A stretch of DNA of 63,484 bases, counting the filler, from Sphacelaria rigidula (Eukaryota), in assembly GCA_964200075.2 (NCBI GenBank). It is 8 parts of 8 records of this genome, joined end to end, with 100 filler letters (N's around TTAATTAATTAA, not from the genome) between each part and the next. Parts side by side here need not be neighbours in the genome. Positions count along the whole stretch, not along the records: positions 1 to 7,848 come from CAXNAA020013247.1; positions 7,949 to 15,796 come from CAXNAA020013248.1; 6 more parts are not named here. One strand, written 5' to 3'. The position numbers were made by a program, and so were the translations under genes. Of this stretch, positions 1-11,300 are shown piece after piece. The notes below the pieces were generated by a model. The model was given only the letters and a program-made list of their open reading frames with translations, ran no database searches and was not told where the DNA came from. Position 1 is the first letter of the stretch; every line of letters begins with the position of its first letter.

Positions 1-110
1 CCCCCCCCCCTGTTCTCCGTCTCTAATGGCTTGCGCGTTCACGTGTCCGACGCCTAAGGCTATCAACAAATGAGTACGCCCCCCCCCTCCTCCCCCCGCC
101 TCCCCTCCCT
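1..110 (+). mobile_element. Degenerate LINE 3'-end fragment flanked by C-tracts
   Basis: ctaaggctatcaacaaatgagtacg+C-run matches the LINE terminus seen at 37927-38013, 47689-47790, 55470-55536 and 55637-55710; preceded by C10. Confidence 0.65.
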
Positions 111-286
111 CAGCCATATTTTCAATCCAGGCGTACCGTTCATGGACATACCCGGTTGTACAACGTGTCCGATGACTTTTTGAAGCGAGACAGATCTCAC
201 GCGACCTATTGGTGCCTCTCACCTGCCTGCGCACACGCGGGTCTTTGCCGTTATATATTTACTGTTTTTTTCTTCTTCGCTCAAAG

Positions 287-1684
287 GTTCCATGGGAGCA
301 CGGAAAAGGGATTTACGAGGCCGTCCCAGAGGAACTCCGCCGGCGGCCGTGGTGGGTAAGGGACAGGGGACACAACGACATCTGCGATGGCAGACGGCAT
401 TTACGGTGAGGGAAGGCGTGCCATGAAAGCATGAAGGACCCGGGGGTAAAGTGTTTTGTTTTGGCGGGGATAACGTGGGGAGAGATGGGTCGATCCCTGG
501 AGATCACAGACTCATCCCGAGGAAGGGGAGGGGTTTCAAGTGCGACAAAAAAAGTATTGATACAAAAGCCTTAGGGGGGGATACGGGAGGGGGGGAGGGG
601 CGGGGGGAGGCTGGATTCCGCGAGCTATGCTTTACGTCGTCATAACTTGACTCTGCTTGTTTTTACTTCTCTCGTGTGGTTCCCAAGGCAAAAATGTGAG
701 AACGAAGGGCAGGCCCCCGTATTTGGCATCGGTTGCGGCGCTCCCTGCGTTGGCTTGGTTTCGTGGTGTTTCGCTTGATCATCGGCTTTGGTGTGGCGAT
801 CGAGCGACGAGGGAAGGGAACGCTACAAAACCGTTTCTGCTCTTGACGCCACACATGCTGTATTGTATTCGTATGCCTCTGGAAGTTGTCCGTGCATGTA
901 CCCCGAGTATCTTTGTAAAGACTGCCTCTGTCATTTACCGGGAACATATGCCTACTATAGTACTTGGTGTGTTTGCACACCTGCAATGCTCGCCGTGTAC
1001 ATGCTTGTTTGTATTCTGCCTGTTTCCCCATTGTTGAACTTTTACTGCAGAGAGTACTACTCGCGCCTCAAGGGGTTCTTGAAGGACTTGGAGCACCCGG
1101 AAGTCGCTCGCACGGCTACCGCACCCCCCCCTACTAACGGGGTTCGACGGCAGCAGCAGTGCAGTAGCAGCAAAAGCAGTAGTAGCGCCGGCGCCGTCGC
1201 AAGCAGTCGTGAGAAGGCAGATGACAAGGAGCAACGCACAGTGGCGGGGGAAGCAAACAGGGACAAGGACGGACAGCAAGAAAAAGAGCGGTTAGGCGGC
1301 CCCGGAAGGGATGGCGCTCGCTCAGCAGGTGCGACTCCTGCGGCGGCAGTGCGGCCACCAGCTGGCGCGTCGACGGCGGTGGTCACCGCGGAGTCGAACT
1401 CTTGCGAACATCAGTCAAAGCCGGACCCTTGTTCACCATCCATCAACCAGAATCATCAAGAGCGTCACCCGAACCTCAGGCTCGACACTCTCGACCGATC
1501 GTCCTCGGAATGGGGGACCGACGGAGAGCTGAAGGCAGAGCTCGAAGAAGTAGACCTCACACCGGGGGCAGCAGGTGCGAGCGATGACGGGGACAGGGAC
1601 GTGGATAGCGTCATGCATCACGGAGGGGGGAAAATCCTCGGCACGGCAACGATGTCACCACAGTCGCCCCTAGGCAAAAAATAA
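287..1684 (+). CDS. ABHD17: ABHD17-like alpha/beta hydrolase (depalmitoylase family), last two exons, 5'-partial
   Basis: Exons 287-405 (aag|GTT...CG|gtgagg) and 1051-1684 (tgcag|A...TAA) join in phase 2. They give VPWEHGKGIYEAVPEELRRRPWWVRDRGHNDICDGRRHLREYYSRLKGFL, resembling the ABHD17 C-terminal pattern (HG..lYE...P.WV..GHND...Y..RL..F, catalytic His in GHND), followed by a low-complexity tail. Confidence 0.8.
475..553 (+). mobile_element. SINE-B 3' tail fragment (hairpin module) in the ABHD17 intron
   Basis: gagagatgggtcgatccctggagatcacagactcatcccgaggaaggggaggggtttcaagtgcgac aligns with 4865-4933 and 50478-50530. Confidence 0.6.
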
Positions 1685-4668
1685 CATGTAGCTCAAGGGC
1701 GCCAACCCTATCGCCGTAAGGCGGACATCAGGCAGTCAGCCACACAAAGATATCACACCATTATCTGGTGCCGTGGAGAAGAAAATTTGCATGTTGCACG
1801 GATGATGCCATTCCAGTTAATACTCGGGGCAAAACTCTGCGCGCATCGATGCCAGTAAGTGGCGCATCCCCAAATTTCCGGATGGTATATGCTGCGCTCG
1901 TAGCTGGGTGGACGCGATGACCCCTGGGGCATTGGGAGATGTAGAGGAGGCGAGACACATTTGATGTTCGGGCGGGGGGTGGGGGCAAAGGGTCTCTAGA
2001 GCAAACACGGTGTGTGTCATACTGCGTTGGGTAGATGGCGGGTGCTAATGCTGTTGCGGCTTTTTTTTTTCTTTCACGTTTGCGGCTTTGTCGTGCTTCG
2101 CCACGTTTTATTTGGCTGGGCCCAACGGTATGTCGAGGGGGGGGCGAGCTTGGGGGGGATCAAGCACACCACGTACGAGAAGGAGGGGTTATGCAGTATA
2201 TTGATACCTTGCTATACCATGCGCCTGCTCAATTCGATGGCCACCTTGTGTGTAGCACATGATACCCGCCGCTTCGTATACTTTCAACGGTAGTGGTTTT
2301 AATGGCCACGGCTACACTGTTGAGGAGCAAATGCGAGCCGGCGGTACCCTCGCAGTCGGCACCTTTTGCCTATGTCGTGCGTGACCTCTTCGGCATCTCA
2401 GGGTGTTGTTCTCTAGAAAAGATATCATGCTCGAGCAAAACATGACTCGGGACCAATCTTCTCCAGCTACCTTAACCACCGCCCGCAACGCCGCATGGCT
2501 CTTTGTTGGCTCTGTGGATGTGCGAATACAACCCGCCATTTATTCGGCCCAAGCTGGAGAATATGTGCCCATCACTAACATCAAGATGAACGCATGTAGG
2601 CACATGAGTGACTGGTGAGGAAAAAAGACTGGGGGTGGAGCGGGGTGGCGGTAGGAACTGGTCCCGCTAGCTCGTTTTTGTCATCGCGGTAGCGTGGCCT
2701 TCTGTCACTGTTTTTTTTTTTTTCTGAGATCGATCTCAAATGGGTTGATAAGATATCGCGCAAACTCGGCGTGGAACAGCCGCACGGTTGGGCTGGTTTA
2801 CCAGAAGGCGGGCCGATTCAGCGGCGGTCCAATCCTACGTCGCGGGGTCACCCTTTTGGTGTGTCTTGTGGTGTTTTTTTAATCCCGTCGACATGGCGGT
2901 TGCTGATGAACGGAAGCAGGGCGCGGGTGACGCGGTTGGCGCGCAGGGGGGAATAGCTATCGACGGTAAACTATAGTTTCAAGCATTAGTCACTTCAGCT
3001 ACTTTTAGCAAGGCGTATCGCGTTCTATTTTGTTTTGCAAGAGCGTATAGGTCGTCTGATGCGATGGGCACGATGAGAAAGACTCCTGTCGACTGCACCG
3101 TGATTGTGAACGGGGAGCTGGCGTCCACTGGTGCGTCTGTTTCCGCCGACACTGCTGGGCTGCAGTTTCGTCCGGAGGCCGGGCGAATTAACCTGGTGAC
3201 CGCTGACGGAAAAGTGAACCGGTGGAATACTTTCCTTCCGTGAAATCTTGACTTGAGGGGCATGTATTTATAGGCACCGGTATACATTAACTCACATACC
3301 TTCTGCAACCGCGCTGTCGAAAGGCTATTCTGGGATGTAAAAAAGTGTACACGATACCTGAAATGGATCGACGAAGGATAAGGCCGGGGTAGAAAATAAT
3401 GCCTTGCGGATGGGATGACTGCGCGAGACAATTTGGCAAGCTCACTCGACGACAGTCGTCCGCCCCCAACGGTGGTTGCAATTTTGGTTTTTATCCTTTT
3501 AACAGAGAGGTCATGCATGGAGCAGCTCGGTTGTTGCTTTCAGTGTTTGTTTTGCGGAATCACGATCGGTAAATGTACAGATACAGTCTCTCCGTGTTTC
3601 TTCTGTATTTTGACCCAACGGTTGAATATGATTTTGTAGGCGATGTGTTTCGAGCACACCACATGTTTTAGCGGTAGAAAATATAATTAGTGTTATTACA
3701 GCTTGGACAGTGAATGTAGTGTTGTCTTGTACTTAATTTCAGGTAAGGCTCAGGGCTATATGCAAGCATCAGTCGTCGTAATGAGCGCTGTAGTGAGTGA
3801 GTTCGTCAGTTCTTGTTGGCAATTCTCGACTTGATTTGTTTCCGGGAAACGAATGCTTCGAACTGTGGTATAATACAGATGCGTTACGAAGTGCATCTCG
3901 TGCACGCAACTCTGTGAGCCCCCCACCCCTCCCCCTCTAAAAACAATGTCAGTTTATTTCCTGGGTCGGTGACAATGCACGCGATGTCAAGCCTGAGTGA
4001 TTTGATCCAAGAGTCGGTATGATGAGACCTTTTGCAGCACGTCATGGGCAATGCACTTGGTTGATACTTGATATTTCGGGAAGGTGGTGGGTGTACGCGA
4101 CTTTGCGTTTTCGAGAGTTTGATGATGTCACGGAAGACAGCATTCCCTTGTTCGGACACAACTTCAGACACTTGCATTACCCATGTTCTCACCGTACATG
4201 AACAATGCCCGCACCGGTGATCCACTGTCCAGCTGAACTTGTTGCCATCCACTGTGGTGTTCAGTTGGTTCCTGCGAGCAGCTAGCTTGTCCCAAGAGAA
4301 TTGCAAGTATCCTGTCTAGATTGTCATCGGTCCCTTGTTTCTCCTTCGTAATTGAATGCCCTCAATCATTAGTCCTTTCTCCTCTCGGGCTTTGTTCTGT
4401 TCACCCCTTCGGCCGCTAGGGTGGGTGAGTTGTCGAATCCACAATTTATCCAAAAAATGAATGCAAGACCCAAATTACACACCTGGCAGTACAAGGGTTG
4501 ATTTTTTGGTACCTTGTTTGGGTACTGTTGTCCTGGACGTCAATGTCGTGACCTCGACTAGATTCGGAGCGGATAGGTTAATGTGAGGCACTAAAATCAA
4601 AACTGAGCTGATATCTCGAGGTCATGGTCACGTCGATGAAATCCTGTTTTCTTGATTACTCTGCGCTG

Positions 4669-4935
4669 CGCCCCGGTGGTGTAATGGTCCGACTGTCGCC
4701 ATTAGGGTGGAGAGAACGAGGGTTCGATTCCCGATGCGTTGTATTCTTTCTTCGCAATGTCTGATTTCCATCGTGGAAAGCGTGATAACGTGAGTAAACA
4801 AAGTAGTCGAATGAGTTTGTTTGACGTGAATTCCGGGAGACCAAAATGCCGGGCGTGTAGCGAGGAGAGACGAGTTGATCTCTTGAGACCGCGGACTCGT
4901 CCCGAGGAAGGGGAGGGGTTCAAAGTGCGATAAAT
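4669..4935 (+). mobile_element. tRNA-derived SINE (family B)
   Basis: Pol III A box TGGTGTAATGG (4677-4687) and B box GGTTCGATTCC (4721-4731); no complete cloverleaf; the 3' module recurs at 475-553 and 50478-50530. Confidence 0.65.
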
Positions 4936-5279
4936 CGAAAAATGAAATAATTTCGGATTTTTTTTTTTTTTTTCTTGTTTTGTTGGTTATTTTTTAATCA
5001 AAAACGTCTTGGGGGCAAAAACGNNNNNNNNNNGTTTGTTTGACGAGAGGGGGGGGAGACGAAAAGGGGGGGATAAAGGGAAAAATGAAATAATTTCGGA
5101 TTTTTTTTTTTTTTTCATGTCTTGCTGCGTATATCTGAATTCAAAACGTCTTGGGCGCAAAAACGCCCAAACAGTAAAGCGAACTTTTCTTCTGCTCACC
5201 TTTGAAACCAAGCGATTAGTATTTTCGTAAATATCTTGGTTCATCATGTTTCCTATACCCCCCCCCCCCGCGCGCGCGC

Positions 5280-6100
5280 GCATCTCGAAGATATACGGGG
5301 GGGAGGGAATGAGATGAAAGCACATCCGCACGGTCCAAAGGACTACGCGAAGAAGTTGGAACTGCGACTTCGGGTCGGGGACCTGGACCTGACAGAAAAA
5401 AGAGTGAGGTAAACCAGTAGTCGAGTGGAGGAGAAAGTAGACGCACAGAATAGCCCCTGTGGTGAGACAATAAAGAAGAACCCGTAAAGTGGCCGAGTGT
5501 GACTATACTACAAGGAGGAACATTGCGTGTTAGACGGGGAAATAGGGGAAGTAAACAACGGTGTCATGAAATCACTTGGAACGTGAAAAAGCAGCGAGAA
5601 AACGATCGCTATACTAGGGAATGACGGTCACAGCGAAACATGAGATCTTACAAACTAGGGATGGATATTTTATTGGGGATGAGAAACCCGGAGAATTAAA
5701 ATCTTCGTATCCACACCAAATCTTCGAAACATGGTTCCATATCTTCACCTACTGATAGCTCTTGACAGCTGCTACAAGCCATAAAAATTCGGATTTCAAT
5801 AACCGAAACGTTGTCAATAGCCATCAGTAGGTGAAAAAATGGAACCATATTTCGAAGACTTGGTGTGGATACGAAGATTTTAATTCTCCGGGTTTCTCAC
5901 CCCCAATAAAAGATCCATTCCCAATTTGTAAGATCCCGTGTTGAGAGGAGAAGATACGTGAAAAGTTTTTGTGCAATGTATGGAAGAAACGTAGTGAGCG
6001 CCCAAATGTTGGGGATGTCTCTGTCAGGAGTAGGAGCGGCACCCCGTCTCGAAAGGGATGCGTGGTCAATGGTCAAATGACTGAGGCGAGCGATGAGTAA
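5280..6100 (+). mobile_element. Non-LTR retrotransposon (LINE) ORF2 3' fragment, degenerate, interrupted by a MITE
   Basis: Translates with stops and frameshifts to HGPKDYAKKLELRLRVGDLDL...VDAQNSPCG...VAEC..YKEE...KFLCNVWKKRSERPNVG...APSRKGCVVNGQMT. The CPC...H...C-like motif is typical of ORF2 C-termini. The 5' junction abuts a C-run at about 5258-5269. Confidence 0.75.
5637..5942. mobile_element. Foldback MITE (family M1) inserted in the LINE fragment
   Basis: About 130-bp inverted arms (gagaaacccggagaattaaaatcttcgtatccacaccaa... / ...ttggtgtggatacgaagattttaattctccgggtttctc); same family as 46463-46905. Confidence 0.85.
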
Positions 6101-6102
6101 TA

Positions 6103-6203
6103 ATGCAGGATCCTGAGATTGAGGTTGAACAAAAAAATGAGTCTCAACCCCAAAACAGTGAGACTCATTTCTGTGTTCAACCTCAATTCTCAGGATCCCG
6201 CAT
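6103..6203. mobile_element. Short palindromic MITE (family M2)
   Basis: atgcaggatcctgagattgaggttgaac...gttcaacctcaattctcaggatcccgcat is a near-perfect hairpin; the subterminal motif is shared with 38428-38853 and 57822-58226. Confidence 0.75.
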
Positions 6204-6204
6204 C

Positions 6205-6722
6205 ACGCGTTGCTCGCCTCATTGATAGTCGTTTGACCATCGACCAAGCATCCCTCTTTCGAGACGATTCACCGTCCCTACTCCATATGGAGACATCTCT
6301 GACATTTTTTGTTGTTGCACATTACGTTTTTTCTTCCATACATTACACAGAAACCTTTTACACATGTTGTCCCCGTCCTGTTTCGTTGTCTATGGCCACC
6401 ATCTATCTCCTAGTGTAACCATCGTTTTTTCGCTACTAGCTCTACTGTCTTATGCATCCAACGATTTCATGCCACCTTCGTTCACGCCCCGCAATTCCCC
6501 CTCTAGCACGTCCCGTTCCTCCTTGTATAGTTCACATTCTGCCACTACGTGACTTCTGCTCTCTATTGCTTTGCCATAAGGACAATTCTGTGCATCCACG
6601 TAATCCTCCTGTCGATTACTAGTAACCCCCTTCCTTTTCTGGCAGATCCAGGTCCCCCACCCAAAATCGCACTTTCCATTATTTCGCCGCGCCCGTTGGC
6701 CTACGCTGATGTGTTTTCACCC
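6205..6722 (-). mobile_element. LINE ORF2 3' fragment, second copy in inverted orientation
   Basis: The minus strand reads VGDLDLPEK...VDAQNCPYGKAIESRSHVVAECELYKEERDVLEGE; homologous to 5280-6100. Confidence 0.75.
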
Positions 6723-6736
6723 CAAGAGTCTGTAGC

Positions 6737-7092
6737 CGGTCACCCCGGTGGCTCAGTTGGTAACTTCTTCTGACGGTTGGGTCGTGGGTTCAATTCTCGG
6801 AGCGATCTGGGATGTTTTCTCCCACCATGCTCAATAGCGGAGAGCGACTATGTCGTGGGTACACAAAATTCGACTTCACGGTCGAGGAGGGAAAGGGGCT
6901 GCTTAACCCCTCGTGACAAAAAAAACAAAGGCAAGCACCGCAGAAGGAAGGTGGGGTACTAAAAACGAATAACTAAGAAAAAAGCTTTTGTGTTAACCTT
7001 CCTCCTGTGTGACCCCGGCTGGTGTGCCCACATATACCGAAAGGTGTAGACCGGCGTCCAGAATAGATGGGATGACAACACACACAACGCAG
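6737..7092 (+). mobile_element. tRNA-derived SINE (family A), full length
   Basis: A box TGGCTCAGTTGG, B-box-like GGTTCAATTCT, A-rich linkers and a (CAA/CA)-rich tail. Other copies at 24485-24850(-), 36855-37075, 37203-37420 and 38080-38400. Confidence 0.8.
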
Positions 7093-7848
7093 TCTAGAGG
7101 TGAGGGGAGGGGGCTGCGATGGGGGGGAAATTTTTTTCTTCCCCGACATTCTACTTCGGAACGTCGTTGAAAGCAGCAACGGTTGTTCGAGCGCACTTGT
7201 TACCGATCAATTACGCTCCTCCATTCTGCTATAATAATAGACGTTGTTTTTACTCAAATGCAAGCGCACCGTGGATGCGCTAGGTCGTCTGACACACCTG
7301 TGAGCTCTTTCATTCGTCGAATCGAACACCCCACCATCGTCGATCGCAGCATGGCTTGCAAGTATGTTCGTACACGCTTTTCACGAGGACAGGGACATAA
7401 TCTCGTGGACAAAAGCTTTCTGCGGGGAATGATCCGTACGTATCATGAGGGCGTCGCAGCATTCATCGGTATCTCGGCGCGGCGATAAGCGATGCACATA
7501 GCGAGAGCCGTTACCTTCCTTCTCGGAAAATCGGGGCCCAGGGCGGAGGCTCGTGAGAGTAGGGCGGCCCGTGCACTGCGCCCAGTTATGGGATAGTTTT
7601 AGTGGGTTCGACCCCTGCGCTGCCTTGGGGAAAGCTTTGCGAACGCTCGAGGCGCCTACCCCACATGACTGCCGCGAGGCAGTCTGACAGAGCCTTCGGG
7701 TAATCTGCACTCGAACCCGTTCGCGGGGGTAATATTCGATGCGGCTTCTTCCTTCGACGATAAAAAAAAAACTGGAGAAACTCGGGGGGGGGAGGGTGAA
7801 TTCCGCGTTCCGCAAAAACAGGGAGGTAAGAAAGGAAGAGCGGCGAGT

Positions 7849-7948
7849 NNNNNNNNNNNNNNNNNNNNNNNNNNNNNNNNNNNNNNNNNNNNTTAATTAA
7901 TTAANNNNNNNNNNNNNNNNNNNNNNNNNNNNNNNNNNNNNNNNNNNN
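7849..7948. other. Artificial contig linker N44-TTAATTAATTAA-N44 (also 15797-15896, 23745-23844, 31693-31792, 39641-39740, 47589-47688, 55537-55636)
   Basis: Identical 100-nt spacer with six-frame stops, recurring every 7,948 nt. Confidence 0.99.
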
Positions 7949-8212
7949 CACCATTTAAACACTACGTAGTACGATCATCCCCATTGTGCGAGGTTGAGGT
8001 TCTCCCACGCCGCACAACATGATCTAGCCCGACTACCATCATGGCTACCGCAAAAAAACGCAAGCGCGTAAAAAAATGGCAACCTGGTTGCCTAGCTTAC
8101 GCAGTGAGTGGCGTGTTTTATAGCGTCATCGCCAACCGACACCAATCCCATCAGGGGTCCGCCCCTACAAAGCCGGGACGGAGCACGCCGGGTTCTCGCC
8201 GGACCAGGCTGA
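7949..8212 (+). repeat. Interspersed repeat family C ending in GC-rich module Y
   Basis: 7949-8140 aligns with 29922-30125. The terminal aagccgggacggagcacgccgggttctcgccggaccagg recurs at 29680-29718 and 39577-39640(-). Confidence 0.75.
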
Positions 8213-8348
8213 GGACCCCCGGTCAATGTTAGCCTCAGGTTCACAAGAAGTTCTCAATCATAATCATTGAACGTGAAGTTGATGGTATTATTCATCGTTC
8301 GCCAACACCACCCCCAACGCATGGAAAAAGTACATACATAGATCCTAC

Positions 8349-11300
8349 CTCGAGCCACGGGCGTGGTAAGTCTAGCGCAGCCCACCGTTCCGGTGGATCG
8401 CTGCCGGGTACACATAGCTGGTCGAATGTGTTCCCACACCCACCGTTATCAGCCACGATTACACCGAGTGCTCCGGCGCGCTGCGCGTTCAGCACCTGCG
8501 TCGTTCCAAACATGAAGTTCGGGAATACTTTACACCTCATGGAAAGCATACAATTGCATCTTTTACCCGTAAATATATTTTAAAACAAAAAAATACCGTT
8601 CTACAGTCTTGATAATGTTTTAGATGATACCTAGATATCCATCAGCTCAACGGGATGACTCAGGAGTACTGCCACTATATTGAATTGAAGTCTGGATATA
8701 CTGAAACGTCGGTACCCACCTTTCAATGAAAGAGTTGGAAACACCATTTACCAAACGCCTAAATTTGAAATGTCATCAACTCAATACACAGAAAATTACA
8801 GCCCTACCATTTAGCAAACGGCTGCTTATAGCTGTATCGACAATGCCGGTAGAGCCATTTCATCGACTCAATAGTAGGACAGTTCATCGAACAAATGCCC
8901 AAGTGCCTCGAAATTGCAGTAACCCCATTTGAACATAACATCAGGGCTACGGCAACCCCAGGCAGATCAAGTACTGTTTCCGAAATCTGTAGTGGTTTAG
9001 GTATAGAAAACATTGCAAACTAGAGGCGTCAAAATTTCTCTCTCCTATTTTAAAAAGGATGCTGGTTTATTGACGTGTGGGTTCGACGGAAATTAAGTGC
9101 TGCGCCACCGCTCAAACTCGACGATCAATACAGTACCGCCAAATCAGCAATATATCGTCATTCCGCGACACCATTTGAAGAAACATCAGTACTGCGGCGC
9201 CATTCAGGTAGCGTCAACACTTTTAAAAAGCACAATCGGCACTTATCAGGAACATTATCCCGGTAAACGCTATCGCTCAACTGACGTATCTAGGTTTACG
9301 TTCACATCGACAATGCCTTCAAACCAAACGTCCGACACATGTCCATCATAAACGTGCACTGCGAACCTGTCCAAGGAAATACATATGGACAGCACCCATT
9401 TGCATACAGAGGACGCAATATGGAGTTTACCGTTCTGAGCCCCCCCCCTCCCGTCCCCCATCCTCCCTTCCCTTGTCTACTGTCTTGCCTTGCACGGTCC
9501 AAAAGTACCTCTTACCTTGTGAACGATCGGAATGTTGCCTGACAGGAACAATTCAAGCATCGATTTCGCGCGACACCGGAAACACGCAACAGCGGAACAG
9601 ATAAAACATTGAATTTGGCGAACCAGGGGATAACAGGGAGACGAGGGTCGATGTGGTAGGAGGAGAGTGAGTTGGCCTTTCGAACTTTTGCGTTTTCGCT
9701 TTGAGGCTGAAGCGACATTGTTGTTGTTGTTGTTGTTGTTCATCTGTCGCGGACCCTGCATGACAACGGCATCACGATCACTTGCCTGCACCGACCTACA
9801 GAGTACGGACCAGAGCTGACTTTACCCCGGCCTATGAACGCTGCCGCTTACCGACCGCGACAACCTGAATGAACGAAACCACGGGATACTCCACTCTTTC
9901 ACTCAATCAGTATCCACTCTGTCGTTTCTGCCCAATTTTCACAGAGTGAATGTGACCTTTGCACCACACGCCAAGCACTCTTGTTCATGCCGGGGGATAT
10001 CGCACGATGACTTGAGATTAGTGTGTCGTGTGCACTCCAGCGGACGGACAGATTGTATATTGGTACAGTATAAAACATCAACATATGTCTTACCTGGGGC
10101 AATTCTATCTTGCGACGTCCGCTAGATTCGTGGCGTATCAGTCTGTGCGCGGAAATCAACCATTCAACCGACAAATCAGCAGCAGCTATGACCTACCTCT
10201 CTCCACCACGACAATACGGTTGCGAACAAAGCGGCCGTTGTCCAACTCGCGATCCGCTTGGGCCGGCTGTGCGACTACCACCTCGGCAGTTACTTGGAAC
10301 GACCCAGGGCTGCTTTGTGGTGACGACAGGATGAATATAAAAAATACCGTTAAAGGGGGAGTGCTGTGAGTTGCCAAACAAGCGTGACCACACCATAGTG
10401 TGGCTCCGTGCTCTATCGTTTGAAAATACAGTAATAGACAGTAGTGTTTGGCGATTACTGTACTTTAGCGCAACGTAATTGTAGTTGTGTCGAGTGATTT
10501 TGCCGACACTTTGACCGGGTACGCTCTATGGAGTCGCACCATAGCCTCACTGCATCAACTTGCAGTATGATCCCTCAGACGTGAATATCGCCCAAGTGTC
10601 GCAGACATGAGGGTGATCAAAACCCGGGGCCAAAACGTGGGGCCATCGACTGAAGAACCATACAAAAGGAAGCGACGCACCCACCCCCGCTGGGCATTAT
10701 ATGACCACTTGCCTGAAGTGGCATGTCCATACATTGATGCTTCGAGAGAAGTCGTTGACGAACCGAACGATCCCGGCTTGATCGTCGAGCACTATTGAGG
10801 GCCCATGTACCTCTCTCTCGAACGGATCGAAACCCTCTCCGGGCGGCGCCTCCCATTGCCCTGCGTAGCTAACCGATGCTACATATATGTGTGTATATAT
10901 AAGATCGGCAAAAACATAGGAACACCAGGACAAGAAGACACGATTTGCTCTCTGTAAGCTCGCTACTCCAAGAAGGCAGGTCATTCTGCAGTCTACAAGC
11001 CTTCAAACAAACGACGTAAACTTAAACTAATCGAAGGCTCGCAAAGACGGAAGCTATGTGTTAGTGTCGGTGAGCGTTTTCCCATCAAGTAGAAAGGTGA
11101 AGCACCTGCGCATGCACTCCCCCGCAACCCGTTGGTCGCCCATAATCTGTCTCCAATCTATGTACAAAAGGGGTGAATCTGTACGCTTGACGAAGAAGGA
11201 CGCAGTGTATAATGAAATTTCTTGTACACGATGCCCCCACGCATGCAGAAAAACAACCCTAAATGTACGGTGCCCGCAAGTGTGTAAATTGAAATGTCAT

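Noticed and set aside
788-1050. N-terminal part of the 298-aa ORF
   Set aside because: It lies upstream of the tgcag acceptor at 1050 and is intronic.
4669-4740. tRNA gene (also 6740-6815, 24775-24850)
   Set aside because: A and B boxes are present, but there is no acceptor-stem closure or proper anticodon arm, and each continues into a dispersed repeat body; these are SINE heads.
4938-5166. Direct duplication around the 10-N gap (5024-5033)
   Set aside because: Probably a scaffolding artefact at poly-T/poly-G tracts.
7893-7904. TTAATTAATTAA as a regulatory or piggyBac site
   Set aside because: Synthetic six-frame stop linker.
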